Assembly: GCA_040217195.1 (NCBI GenBank)
Contig: JAVJNR010000005.1
Span: 448,001-512,000, forward strand
Direction: 5' to 3'
DNA: 64,000 bases
Source of the DNA: Leptospiraceae bacterium
GTDB lineage: Bacteria > Spirochaetota > Leptospiria > Leptospirales > Leptonemataceae
Under the pieces are notes generated by a model, which ran no database searches, had not been told where the DNA came from, and saw only the letters and a list, made by a program, of their open reading frames with translations. Made by a program: the position numbers and the translations under genes. Below are positions 49,897-58,892 of this stretch, one piece after another. Within the stretch, counting starts at the first letter, position 1. Every line of letters starts with the position of its first letter.

Positions 49897-50643
49897 TTAG
49901 AGATCGATTTGCCACTCATTTCTTTTATTTCTGCGGTCATAATAAGCAGCAATCATCATGTCCATGGAATACAGAGCTGTGCGCAGATTAGAAAACACCA
50001 GCCGGAATGCTTGCAACTGCACTTCAGGGGACATTTTTTCCAGGGTTTCTGGATCCGGGTTGTAGTGCTGCTTTCTGGTTACCAGCTCCATGGTCTGAAT
50101 GTATGGATAATACATCTTCAAGACCTTGCGGGTCCACAAGCTTGTATTGTAAACTCCCCTTTCCATGGAGTCCAGAACCAGACATTTCAGTTCACCATCC
50201 GGGCCATAATGCATTGCCAGGACTTTCTTCGAGTTAACAAAAATACCGTTTCGCCAGGAACCAGGATTATCCTCCAGGACAATCTCCTGGTAGTTGATCA
50301 ATCCACTGAATCGGTCCAGCCGAATCAATTCCTTGTGTTTGGCCTCGATGTCCTCTACGGCCTTGCCAACATTTTCGATTTCCAGCTTGAGCAAACGGGT
50401 GACTTCCGATCGGTACTGGGATTCCTGAGGGTTGTTTCCCCAGGTTTGTTCCCCCAGAATCAATCCTTCTTCCTTTTGCACATTGTTCAATGCATCCTGC
50501 TTGGCGCGATCGCCACATGTGCGCATCGGATCCACCTCGGCCGGCTTCTCCTCCTCGGCCGAATCTTCGGCAAAGGTAGGTACGATCAAAGCGCTTGCAA
50601 AAAGCAGCGCCAGACTAATTGAATATAACAGGGTCCTTTTCAT
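49897..50643 (-). CDS. Hypothetical secreted protein
   Basis: Signal peptide ending TFA; GGGAG SD; own terminator; no family recognised. Confidence 0.75.
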   Translation of the reverse strand: MKRTLLYSISLALLFASALIVPTFAEDSAEEEKPAEVDPMRTCGDRAKQDALNNVQKEEGLILGEQTWGNNPQESQYRSEVTRLLKLEIENVGKAVEDIEAKHKELIRLDRFSGLINYQEIVLEDNPGSWRNGIFVNSKKVLAMHYGPDGELKCLVLDSMERGVYNTSLWTRKVLKMYYPYIQTMELVTRKQHYNPDPETLEKMSPEVQLQAFRLVFSNLRTALYSMDMMIAAYYDRRNKRNEWQIDL

Positions 50644-50898
50644 TCGAGTTCTCCCAATGGAAGGTTCGGCTCTACAGGGGTGAGAATAAATGTACGATAA
50701 GAAGAAATCCAGAAAAAATGTTCAATTATTGGAAAAAAGAGCCGATTCTATTGCCTCTCATGGCCAGGTGGATGCAATAATGGACAATCCGGACAGATCA
50801 CCCGATCAGAGAGGCCGATTTGCCAGATTAGAAACAGTTAAGGTGGAAATCTGAACCAACGGTGAATCGGCCTGCGGGAAAATCCGCTGTATTTAAGA

Positions 50899-51279
50899 TC
50901 AGGTAGCCGGCCCGGGATTGCAGGTCCGAACAATTGCCTCATAGAATCCGGCCGATATATTGGAGTTGGTGGTGGCCGGACAGGGAGTGGCCACCAAAAG
51001 TACGAAACACTGATCTACTTTACTCTTATAATAGTGAGTACGACTCAGAATATCCTGAAACTCTCCGTTCAGGCTGTACTGGGCGGCCGTTTCCATCAAT
51101 GGACAGCCCTGGGAGTGCACAATCACACCCAGCTTCAGTTGGTCCAGGGCATCGGTGCGAGAAATCACCTGTTCCCCTTCCAGGAAGGTCAGTGGTTCTT
51201 CGCCCATCCAACCACAGTTGAACAGGAACGGCCCGAACCCAAACAGACCTAATATGAGAGCTTTCCGCAATCCGTTCAT
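50899..51279 (-). CDS. Small Cys-containing spirochaetal lipoprotein
   Basis: MNGLRKALILGLFGFGPFLFNC lipobox; YYKSKVDQC...TPC...C pattern recalls small Leptospira lipoprotein families. Confidence 0.6.
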   Translation of the reverse strand: MNGLRKALILGLFGFGPFLFNCGWMGEEPLTFLEGEQVISRTDALDQLKLGVIVHSQGCPLMETAAQYSLNGEFQDILSRTHYYKSKVDQCFVLLVATPCPATTNSNISAGFYEAIVRTCNPGPAT

Positions 51280-51381
51280 GGAGTCGATGGTCAAATTGGA
51301 ACCAGGAGTCAGCACGTCATGCAAAACAATAGCCATCCGATTGGATTGACTGGAAAAAGCAGTCCAAAGCACCGTCCTGTT

Positions 51382-54231
51382 ATGGATTGGACGCCTGCCA
51401 GACTGCGCCGCGAATGGTATAAATTCTTTGAAGGCAAGAAGCACTTGAAGCTTCCTTCTGCCAGCCTGCTACCGGCCGGGGACCCGACTTTATTGTTTAC
51501 CTCGGCGGGAATGGTTCCGTTCAAGCCCTATTTTGAAGGCTCTGAGGATCCCCCATCCGGCCGGGTGGTCACCATTCAAAAATGCCTCAGAACCACGGAT
51601 CTGGAAAGCGTAGGTAAAACGGCCCGACACCTGACCTTTTTTGAGATGCTGGGTAACTTTAGCTTTGGCGATTACTTCAAGAAAGAAGCGGTGGCCATGG
51701 CCTATGAATTCTCCACCGAAGTTCTGAAGCTGGATCCTGACAGGATTCATATAACCATATATACCGATGACGATGAAACGAAAGATCTGTGGATGGACAT
51801 CGGTGTTCCAGAGGATCGAATCACAAGACTGGGCAAAGAAGATAACTGGTGGGGACCTGCCGGCGATTCCGGCCCCTGCGGACCATGTACAGAGCTGTAT
51901 CTGGACCGTGGACCTGAGAAATGCTCCGCCGAAGGCGGATGTGGGAATCCAGATACATGTGCTCCAGGAAATGAATGCGATCGATACATGGAGTACTGGA
52001 ACCTGGTATTCAATCAGTACAATCAGGACCGGGAAGGTAATCTAACTCCGCTTCGCTCAAAAGGAATCGATACCGGCGCCGGCCTGGAGCGAATTGTTGC
52101 CATCCTGAATGGCACTGAAAGCGTCTATGAAACATCGGAACTAATTCAACTTAGAGAAAAGACCAAAGAAGCGATTGAATCCCTGGGACTGAGCGCCCCG
52201 GCCGAAGATTCCCATCATATTCTGTCTGCCTATCGAGTGATCGCAGATCATGCAAGATCGGCCAGCTTTGCCATAGGCGATGGAATTCTGCCGGATAACC
52301 ATGGCCGCGGATATGTGATTCGACGAATGCTTCGTCGGGCCTGCTTATTTGCCAGAGAACTGGGAGTTACCACACCACTATTGTATAACCTGGTCCCTAC
52401 TATCGTAGAAATCTACAATGAATTCTATCCTGAACTCAAAGATTCTGCGGAGAAAATTCAGAAAACCCTGGAAGATGAAGAGAAGCGATTCCTGCGAACT
52501 CTGGATACAGGAATGAAAATCTGGGAGCAATATCTTCAGGAGCACAAGGATAAAAAGGCCAGCAACTTTTCAGGATCCCAGGCCTTTCGTCTGTATGATA
52601 CGTACGGTTTTCCTCTGGAGATGACCATAGAGCTTGCAGAAAAAGCAGGCATGCAGGTGGACCTCAAGGAATTCGAAAAAGAAATGGAGCATCAAAGGGA
52701 GATGGCTCAGTCCGCTTCCAGGTGGGCCGATGTACAGTTGCCTTCGGATCTAAAGCTTCCTACGGGTCATCGCACAGAGTTTGAAGGCTATCATGAATTT
52801 CAGCGAAGTAGCACAGTAGAAGCCCTGGCTGAAGGCGATCACACCGAAGAGGCTTTGAAAGCTCCTAGCAATGAACGAAGCATGATCATCACCAGAGAAA
52901 CCTGCTTCTATCCAGAAGGAGGCGGTCAGCTAGGCGATACCGGTTGGATTCGATCCGATTCCGGAGTATTTCGCGTAGAAGATACAAAGAAAAAAGGCGA
53001 TTTAATTCTACACCTGGGTCGTATGGAAACCGGCGAAATCTCAGAAGGCCAGCCTGTGGAAATGGAAATCGATGAAGATCGAAGACTGGCTCTCATGCGA
53101 CATCATAGCGCCACGCATTTACTCAACAAGAGTCTACGCGATGTGCTGGGAGATCATATTCTGCAAACAGGCTCTCTGGTCGCCGATAACTATCTGAGAT
53201 TCGACTTTTCTCATCCAGATAAGATCTCAGGCGCAGACCTGGAAAAGATTGAAGAACAGGTAAACAAAGCCATAACCAGTGATGCAGAAGTAAGCACAAA
53301 CGTTCTACCTATTGAAGAGGCGAAGAAATCCGGTGCTCTGGCCACATTTGGTGAGAAGTATGGAGAAGAAGTACGAGTTGTGTCCATGGGCAACGGTGAT
53401 CTCAGCATTGAGTTTTGCGGTGGGTGTCATGTGGATCGGACCGGTCAGATTCAGTATTTTCATATTCTAAAGGAAAGCAGTCCTGGCGCGGGTAATCGTC
53501 GTATTGAAGCTGTGGCCGGTCCCGGCGTGGAGGATTACTTCAGCAGAGAATTCCATCGTCTTCAACTGGAACGTTCTAACCTGGAAGGCTCTTTACAGGG
53601 ATTGAGTAATCAGCTAAAGGAGAGTGCATCCGAAGATGCACCAGAACTGCAGAAAGAACTGGATCAATTAAAGCCGGTGCAGGAAATTCCTGAAGCCTAC
53701 AGTGTTCGGTCCACCCTGGAAAGCGCCGCCGGTGTTCTGAAACTGCAAAATCAATTGGTTTGCGTAGATGAGGAACTCCGAGAAAAGCAAAAACTAAGAC
53801 AGAAGCTGGAAAAGAAGATCAACAGTCAATCTGTGGACCTGGATTCCATTGTAGAAAAGGCTCGCTCCAGCGAACAAAAAAGAGGCAGCATACGTGTGTT
53901 TTCCTTGCAGGAAGATGGCCTGGATGCTCAGATTCTACGTCAGGCAGGAGATAGGCTCAAAGAAAGCGAGCGTGATTGCGTGGTGTTGATTGGTGCAAAA
54001 ACTGACAAAGGTGCCATGCTCGTCTTTATGGCCACAAAGTCTGCAGTTGATTCGGGCATTGACTGTGGCGCACTGATTCGCAATGCGGCGCCAGTAATAG
54101 GCGGTAAGGGCGGCGGCAAGAAGGACATGGCTCAAGCGGGCGGTCCCGATGCATCGTCCCTTTCCCGGGCATTAAAAAAGGCAGATTCTGAAATAGAATC
54201 CATGCTGGCAGCCGGCAAGAAAACCAGTTAG
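51382..54231 (+). CDS. alaS: Alanine--tRNA ligase
   Basis: DPTLLFTSAGM, RHLTFFEMLGNFSFGDYFK, IDTGAGLER, HSATHLL, CGGCH editing motif, GGKGGGK..AQAGG. Confidence 0.98.
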   Translation: MDWTPARLRREWYKFFEGKKHLKLPSASLLPAGDPTLLFTSAGMVPFKPYFEGSEDPPSGRVVTIQKCLRTTDLESVGKTARHLTFFEMLGNFSFGDYFKKEAVAMAYEFSTEVLKLDPDRIHITIYTDDDETKDLWMDIGVPEDRITRLGKEDNWWGPAGDSGPCGPCTELYLDRGPEKCSAEGGCGNPDTCAPGNECDRYMEYWNLVFNQYNQDREGNLTPLRSKGIDTGAGLERIVAILNGTESVYETSELIQLREKTKEAIESLGLSAPAEDSHHILSAYRVIADHARSASFAIGDGILPDNHGRGYVIRRMLRRACLFARELGVTTPLLYNLVPTIVEIYNEFYPELKDSAEKIQKTLEDEEKRFLRTLDTGMKIWEQYLQEHKDKKASNFSGSQAFRLYDTYGFPLEMTIELAEKAGMQVDLKEFEKEMEHQREMAQSASRWADVQLPSDLKLPTGHRTEFEGYHEFQRSSTVEALAEGDHTEEALKAPSNERSMIITRETCFYPEGGGQLGDTGWIRSDSGVFRVEDTKKKGDLILHLGRMETGEISEGQPVEMEIDEDRRLALMRHHSATHLLNKSLRDVLGDHILQTGSLVADNYLRFDFSHPDKISGADLEKIEEQVNKAITSDAEVSTNVLPIEEAKKSGALATFGEKYGEEVRVVSMGNGDLSIEFCGGCHVDRTGQIQYFHILKESSPGAGNRRIEAVAGPGVEDYFSREFHRLQLERSNLEGSLQGLSNQLKESASEDAPELQKELDQLKPVQEIPEAYSVRSTLESAAGVLKLQNQLVCVDEELREKQKLRQKLEKKINSQSVDLDSIVEKARSSEQKRGSIRVFSLQEDGLDAQILRQAGDRLKESERDCVVLIGAKTDKGAMLVFMATKSAVDSGIDCGALIRNAAPVIGGKGGGKKDMAQAGGPDASSLSRALKKADSEIESMLAAGKKTS

Positions 54232-54416
54232 CAGGTCTGAAATCAGAATTCTAGACTCATAGAATTGAGTATTAACACTGGTTTGAGAAAGCCAGTCGGT
54301 GCCCATCGGCACCTGGAAATTTTCGAAGATACGAATATGTGCAGAGTATCCAAAAAAGCACGGCACTTACGAAACCTATTATAGATACCCGGTAGATCCG
54401 GGCGAAGGGAGATACA

Positions 54417-54905
54417 ATGGCAGAAAGTTCATTTGATGTAGCATGTAAGGTAGATGAGCAAGAGCTGGCAAATGCCATAGACCAGACTCTAAAAGAAGTG
54501 AGTAATCGCTTTGATTTTAAGGGTGTAGACCTGAGCATAAAGAAAGAAAAGGACACTCTGGCCATGGACTGCTCGGATGAGCTCCATATGAAACAGCTCA
54601 TCGATGTTCTGCAGAGTAAGCTTGTGAAACGGGACTTGAATCTGAAAGCTTTCAAATTCGGGGAGTTGGATACAAACGTTTCCGGTCAGGTTAAATGCAA
54701 GGTAGAAGTGCAGAACGGCTTGACCCAGGAACAATGCAAGCAGGTGAATAAACTGATCAAAGATACCAAACTAAAGGTTCAAAGCCGGGTTCAGGGTGAT
54801 GCTGTAAGGGTTTCTGGAAAAAGCAAAGATGACCTTCAATCAGTAATGAAGGCCCTCCGGGAATCCGATCTTCCCTACGCGGTAACTTTCGACAACTATC
54901 GTTAG
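54417..54905 (+). CDS. yajQ: YajQ-family nucleotide (c-di-GMP)-binding protein
   Basis: SFDV..VD.QE..NA, RFDFKG, VQGDAVRVSGKSKDDLQ, final FDNYR. Confidence 0.93.
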   Translation: MAESSFDVACKVDEQELANAIDQTLKEVSNRFDFKGVDLSIKKEKDTLAMDCSDELHMKQLIDVLQSKLVKRDLNLKAFKFGELDTNVSGQVKCKVEVQNGLTQEQCKQVNKLIKDTKLKVQSRVQGDAVRVSGKSKDDLQSVMKALRESDLPYAVTFDNYR

Positions 54906-54911
54906 TAATGC

Positions 54912-55865
54912 ATGGCCTCCTTCGAAGAAGCACTTTTCAGCCTGCAGGCCGCTCACTTTGAAGAGGCCAAAACAGCATTCGGCACTCTACTGGAGATTGA
55001 TCCGGACAATACAGAATATATGGCTGGTTTCTATGCTTCCGGCTACTGGGCCAATCGCAAGGATCAGCTAACCACTCTGGAGCCAGTAAGACCGGGCACA
55101 GGCCTGATGGAAGCCTGGGACAACTTCCAGGACCTGGCAGAAGATAAAGGTTTTGCCAGCACGAAAAGTATACGGGCCGTAATGAAGGCAGTGCTGGGAA
55201 GAGCGGCCGAACAGTACCGGCAGAAATTCCAGAAAGAAGGTATGGCTCATCCGGATTTTTCGGATCTGGAAGAGCTGGGTAAATGTCTGATTCGCATCCA
55301 TGAATTTGGAAATGCCAGGGAAATCCTGCAATATGCGAAACGAATTCAGCCGGGAAGATCTGGTATCCATTTTCTTCTGGCCGAATCCTATTTGAACGAT
55401 GGTGAATCCGACGCTGCAGAGCGAGGACTTGGTTTTTATAGAGATGGTTTCATTATTCAGCCTGCACAGTTCGACGCAGGATATGCTTACTCATCGGTAG
55501 TGCAGGATACATTACAACAGCTGGGTGAAGAAAAGGATAACGATCTGGATAGAATTCTGCTCTGGTTGCCTGCCTATTTAATGGCCAGGTCCCAGTACTC
55601 TGGTCTTCGTCGATTGAACCGAGATGAAGTAAGTCAATTGCAACGGGAAACTCATAGACTGGAAAAGGACCTGGATACCGTCATGGACCACTTCAGGGAA
55701 AAAGTCCAGGCCCGTCTGGCTTTCTATTATCTGGTTCTGCATCAGGCTGCCATTTTTGTGTATGATGATCTGGATTATGCGAAAGAGCTTCTGAATGATC
55801 TAAAGACTTTGCATCCTGGTCTGGCTCAGTTGGTGAAGGAAGCTCTGCAGAAAAAACAGAAGTGA
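54912..55865 (+). CDS. TPR-like helical repeat protein
   Basis: EEAKTAFGTLLEIDPDN and LGKCLIRIHEFGNAREILQYAKRIQP are TPR-like repeats. Confidence 0.7.
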   Translation: MASFEEALFSLQAAHFEEAKTAFGTLLEIDPDNTEYMAGFYASGYWANRKDQLTTLEPVRPGTGLMEAWDNFQDLAEDKGFASTKSIRAVMKAVLGRAAEQYRQKFQKEGMAHPDFSDLEELGKCLIRIHEFGNAREILQYAKRIQPGRSGIHFLLAESYLNDGESDAAERGLGFYRDGFIIQPAQFDAGYAYSSVVQDTLQQLGEEKDNDLDRILLWLPAYLMARSQYSGLRRLNRDEVSQLQRETHRLEKDLDTVMDHFREKVQARLAFYYLVLHQAAIFVYDDLDYAKELLNDLKTLHPGLAQLVKEALQKKQK

Positions 55866-56120
55866 TGCGAATCTCTCCAAATAAAATTTCATTATAAGCG
55901 AATTTCTGAAAGAGAAACAGAAATTAAGAAATGATTCCTGGCAAACACCGTTGCAATCTCTTCGGCGACTGGCAATAGTGCCATTGGACAGTCCCGGTAT
56001 GCAAGACTCCAGAATTAGCTACTTCGGTTGATATCTCCCCTAATCCACTGGTAACAATGCCTGGCCATCACCGTATTGCAATTCAGTGGACTCACCTGAA
56101 ATTATTGATTAGTTTGAACA

Positions 56121-57188
56121 ATGCATTCTGGACTCCCTCTGGTCCAATTCATATCCCTGGAAAATAATCGATTCTTCTTTGGGCTCATTAGTATTGCGCT
56201 AATACTTCTGGGACTAAGGTATGCTATTCGGTATACAGGAGTTCTGATGCTGGATCGAACCAGGAATCGAATGCTCTGGGAACTCCTGGTAAAGAACTCC
56301 GGCACATTGTCCCTGTTTCTCACTGTGATCGCCGGTAACATTCTATTCAGCTACGGGCCCATGCCAGAGAATGTCAGCCCGGCTTACAACCAGGTACTTT
56401 TCCTGGCGGGCATCGCACTGGCTGCATTGCTGGTCATTCGCATGATGCTGGGATTCTCCAGGCTCTACCTTCGCCGATTTAACATGCATACCAGCGATAA
56501 CCTGGCTGCCCGCAAAGTACATACACAGGTTCGGATAATTGAGAGGATTGCCATTGTATTTATTCTATTTGTGACCCTTCTAACAGGAGCCCTATCGTTC
56601 GAAGAAGTCCGGGAATTCGGGGTCAGTATTCTGGCATCTGCCGGAGTTCTGGGTATCATACTTGGATTCGCGGCCCAGAAAAGCATCGCTTTGATCTTTG
56701 CTGGAATTCAAATAGCAATTACGCAGCCCATTCGCATAGAAGATGCCGTAATTGTTGAAAATGAATGGGGCTGGATAGAGGAGATTACGCTGACTTACGT
56801 GGTTATCAGGCTCTGGGATCGCCGTAGACTGATTGTACCTATCAATTATTTTACCGAGAAGCCGTTTCAGAATTGGACCAGACAATCCGCAGATCTACTG
56901 GGAACCGTATATGTCTATCTGGACTATCGCATGCCCGTGGAAGAAATTCGCGGAGTGGCCAGAAAGATTGTGGAGAGCACCCCTCTCTGGAATGGAGAGG
57001 TATGCGTTGTACAGGTTACAGAATTCATGAAAGACCATATGCAGCTTCGAATTCTGGCCACAGCCAACAGCAGTCCGGAGACCTATGATCTAAGATGCTT
57101 TATTCGAGAAAAACTTCTGGAATATCTGCTGGCCAACTATCCGGAAGCTTTACCGCGTATCCGGTTAGAAAAATCGGACCAGGGTTAG
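56121..57188 (+). CDS. MscS-family mechanosensitive channel
   Basis: LASAGVLGIILGFAAQKSI, QPIRIED, GWIEEITLTYVVIRLWDRRRLIVP, FQNWT. Confidence 0.92.
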   Translation: MHSGLPLVQFISLENNRFFFGLISIALILLGLRYAIRYTGVLMLDRTRNRMLWELLVKNSGTLSLFLTVIAGNILFSYGPMPENVSPAYNQVLFLAGIALAALLVIRMMLGFSRLYLRRFNMHTSDNLAARKVHTQVRIIERIAIVFILFVTLLTGALSFEEVREFGVSILASAGVLGIILGFAAQKSIALIFAGIQIAITQPIRIEDAVIVENEWGWIEEITLTYVVIRLWDRRRLIVPINYFTEKPFQNWTRQSADLLGTVYVYLDYRMPVEEIRGVARKIVESTPLWNGEVCVVQVTEFMKDHMQLRILATANSSPETYDLRCFIREKLLEYLLANYPEALPRIRLEKSDQG

Positions 57189-57447
57189 TGCCAGAAAGAT
57201 TCCTAGAATGGACAGTGGTCTGGCCCGATATTCAATAGTTAGTCCTACGATTCAGGCATGGTGGGCCGACCATCGGATCCCAGTGCGAAACCACATTTCA
57301 CTCCAGTACAATCTCGAACTTACGGTTCCGGTCTGTGGATTACTGTAATTGTTAATCTCCTAATTGCCTAACCTCCTATTCGCCGAAAAACCAGGAAAGG
57401 ATCAACTGGTATTGCATGATTCTAAAATTCCATCAGTCAATGCCAGC

Positions 57448-57482
57448 CCACAGGTGCCCCGTAGTAGCCCGGGGACCTGTGG
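57448..57482 (-). other. GC-rich stem-loop just after the stop of the beta-barrel gene (mRNA stabiliser or atypical terminator)
   Basis: CCACAGGT-g-CCCCG / 8-nt loop / CGGGG-ACCTGTGG; no U tract. Confidence 0.5.
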
Positions 57483-57498
57483 CAATCTGATTGCTAAC

Positions 57499-58545
57499 TC
57501 AAAAAGTAGCCGTAAAGACGGGCCCAATAATCCAGCTTCGATTAAAGGTAAGGGTCACTTCTGGCTCTGCGTACAAATAAGAGGTTTGAATTCCTACGTT
57601 TGGATGAAAGAAAAGCAATGCCGTGGTGGTTACATTCCAGGCGCCTTTATTCCAGTTCCTTCGCGCATTGATATTCAGGCTAAGAAACTTATTGTAGTCC
57701 ATGAAAAGGATCAATCCCCCACTTCTATCTTCCCTGGGAATCTGCGACATGGAACCTGCATTAATAGCACTTCCCACTCCATCGTAGGTCCAGGCCTGAA
57801 CAATAGCATTAGCATCTGTGGGAATCAGGTTTTCCTGACCAATAGAACGCCCAATCGTGGGACGAGTATTGATATGGTAACGATTGGCAGCATACTGAAC
57901 ATACGGAGTAATGCTCCAGCTCTGAATCGGCAATTTGAATCGAATTCCCAGTTTTCCCACATTAGAATGTGATCCATCATCTGCATCGATAACGGGAAAG
58001 GATTGATACACATTGGTTCCAATGGTCTTGAACAATGCATTGGTAACCTTATAATGTGCAGTGAAGCCCGTATGGGTGTACCCCACCATGGGCGCGATTG
58101 AGTCCGTTATATTCCAGTAATACTCTATGGACCCTGTGTAGACGTTTCCGTTGGCGCCTCCCCCTGCATTCTCTATAGGAAGAGTGGAGTCTCGCAGTGG
58201 AGTAAAGTTCACCTCGGCCCTTGTGTAAGCTGCAGAGATGACAAGGGAGTCGCTACGCAACATCATCTGAACCCCCTTTTGAGGCCCGACGCCTTCCACT
58301 GCCAGATCAAGCGTTCCTGACTGTGTCAGACCTGTAATTCTTCCTATGGCAGGCGAAACCGAAGCTCCGGTACTGGGATCCGTATAATTGAATGGCAGCG
58401 CAGATCGAAGCTGCAAATTCATCTGGCCCGCAAAGGGACTGATGATAAATCTCCAATCGGACCCATCTTCTTCAGCCAGCAGCAGGTTGGTTTGTCCTAG
58501 CAGGACCACAAGCAGCGTACCGACCAGTTTTCTTTTTAATCGCAT
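57499..58545 (-). CDS. Orphan outer-membrane beta-barrel protein
   Basis: Signal peptide, amphipathic aromatic-rich beta strands, C-terminal beta-signal GPVFTATF; GGAGG SD. Confidence 0.75.
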   Translation of the reverse strand: MRLKRKLVGTLLVVLLGQTNLLLAEEDGSDWRFIISPFAGQMNLQLRSALPFNYTDPSTGASVSPAIGRITGLTQSGTLDLAVEGVGPQKGVQMMLRSDSLVISAAYTRAEVNFTPLRDSTLPIENAGGGANGNVYTGSIEYYWNITDSIAPMVGYTHTGFTAHYKVTNALFKTIGTNVYQSFPVIDADDGSHSNVGKLGIRFKLPIQSWSITPYVQYAANRYHINTRPTIGRSIGQENLIPTDANAIVQAWTYDGVGSAINAGSMSQIPREDRSGGLILFMDYNKFLSLNINARRNWNKGAWNVTTTALLFFHPNVGIQTSYLYAEPEVTLTFNRSWIIGPVFTATF

Positions 58546-58597
58546 TGAATTCCTCCAGATTCCGGCACTACTGTTTTCGCACCGATAGGCCTACTAT

Positions 58598-58613
58598 AGC
58601 AGGAAATGTGCCA
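58598..58613 (-). promoter_or_regulatory. Sigma54 (RpoN) -24/-12 promoter of the beta-barrel gene
   Basis: Minus strand TGGCACATTTCCTGCT (TGGCAC-N5-CTGC, GG-N10-GC), 52 nt upstream of the ATG. Confidence 0.75.
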
Positions 58614-58660
58614 GCACTATTGAGGCCAATCCTGCCTTGCTGAGTCCCCTGAAGGGGCCA

Positions 58661-58761
58661 TTGATTGAAATCAAGCAGAACGATTCTCAGCAGTTGATTG
58701 ATTTCAAACAGAGTTGCTCCGATTTCCTTTAGCTCAGGGATTTCAATTAGCTATCAATCAA
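58661..58761. promoter_or_regulatory. Putative bEBP upstream activating sequences
   Basis: TTGATTGAAATCAA (58661-58674), TTGATTGATTTCAA (58694-58707) and inverted TCAATCAA (58754-58761), all between two sigma54 promoters. Confidence 0.55.
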
Positions 58762-58853
58762 TCTAGAAACAGTGCAGAATCCATCCAGGAGGGCCTCCGC
58801 GTTAGATCTCCCCAGCAGCAGTAAGAATGAGAACACTGCACTAAATTCTACCC

Positions 58854-58869
58854 TGGCATGATTCCTGCT
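58854..58869 (+). promoter_or_regulatory. Sigma54 (RpoN) -24/-12 promoter of the PP2C-BASS operon
   Basis: TGGCATGATTCCTGCT (GG-N10-GC), 23 nt upstream of ATG 58893. Confidence 0.7.
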
Positions 58870-58892
58870 TTAGTAATTGCAGGGTTGAGTTC

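Noticed and set aside
49909..50622. 237-aa plus-strand ORF
   Set aside because: It is an antisense shadow of the codon-biased secreted-protein gene, which has the SD, signal peptide and terminator
50761..50776. TGGCCAGGTGGATGCA sigma54-like box on the plus strand
   Set aside because: Poor match beyond GG-N10-GC, and it points antisense into a convergent gene with no nearby target start
57364..57972. 202-aa plus-strand ORF
   Set aside because: Mostly antisense to the beta-barrel gene, with non-protein-like composition
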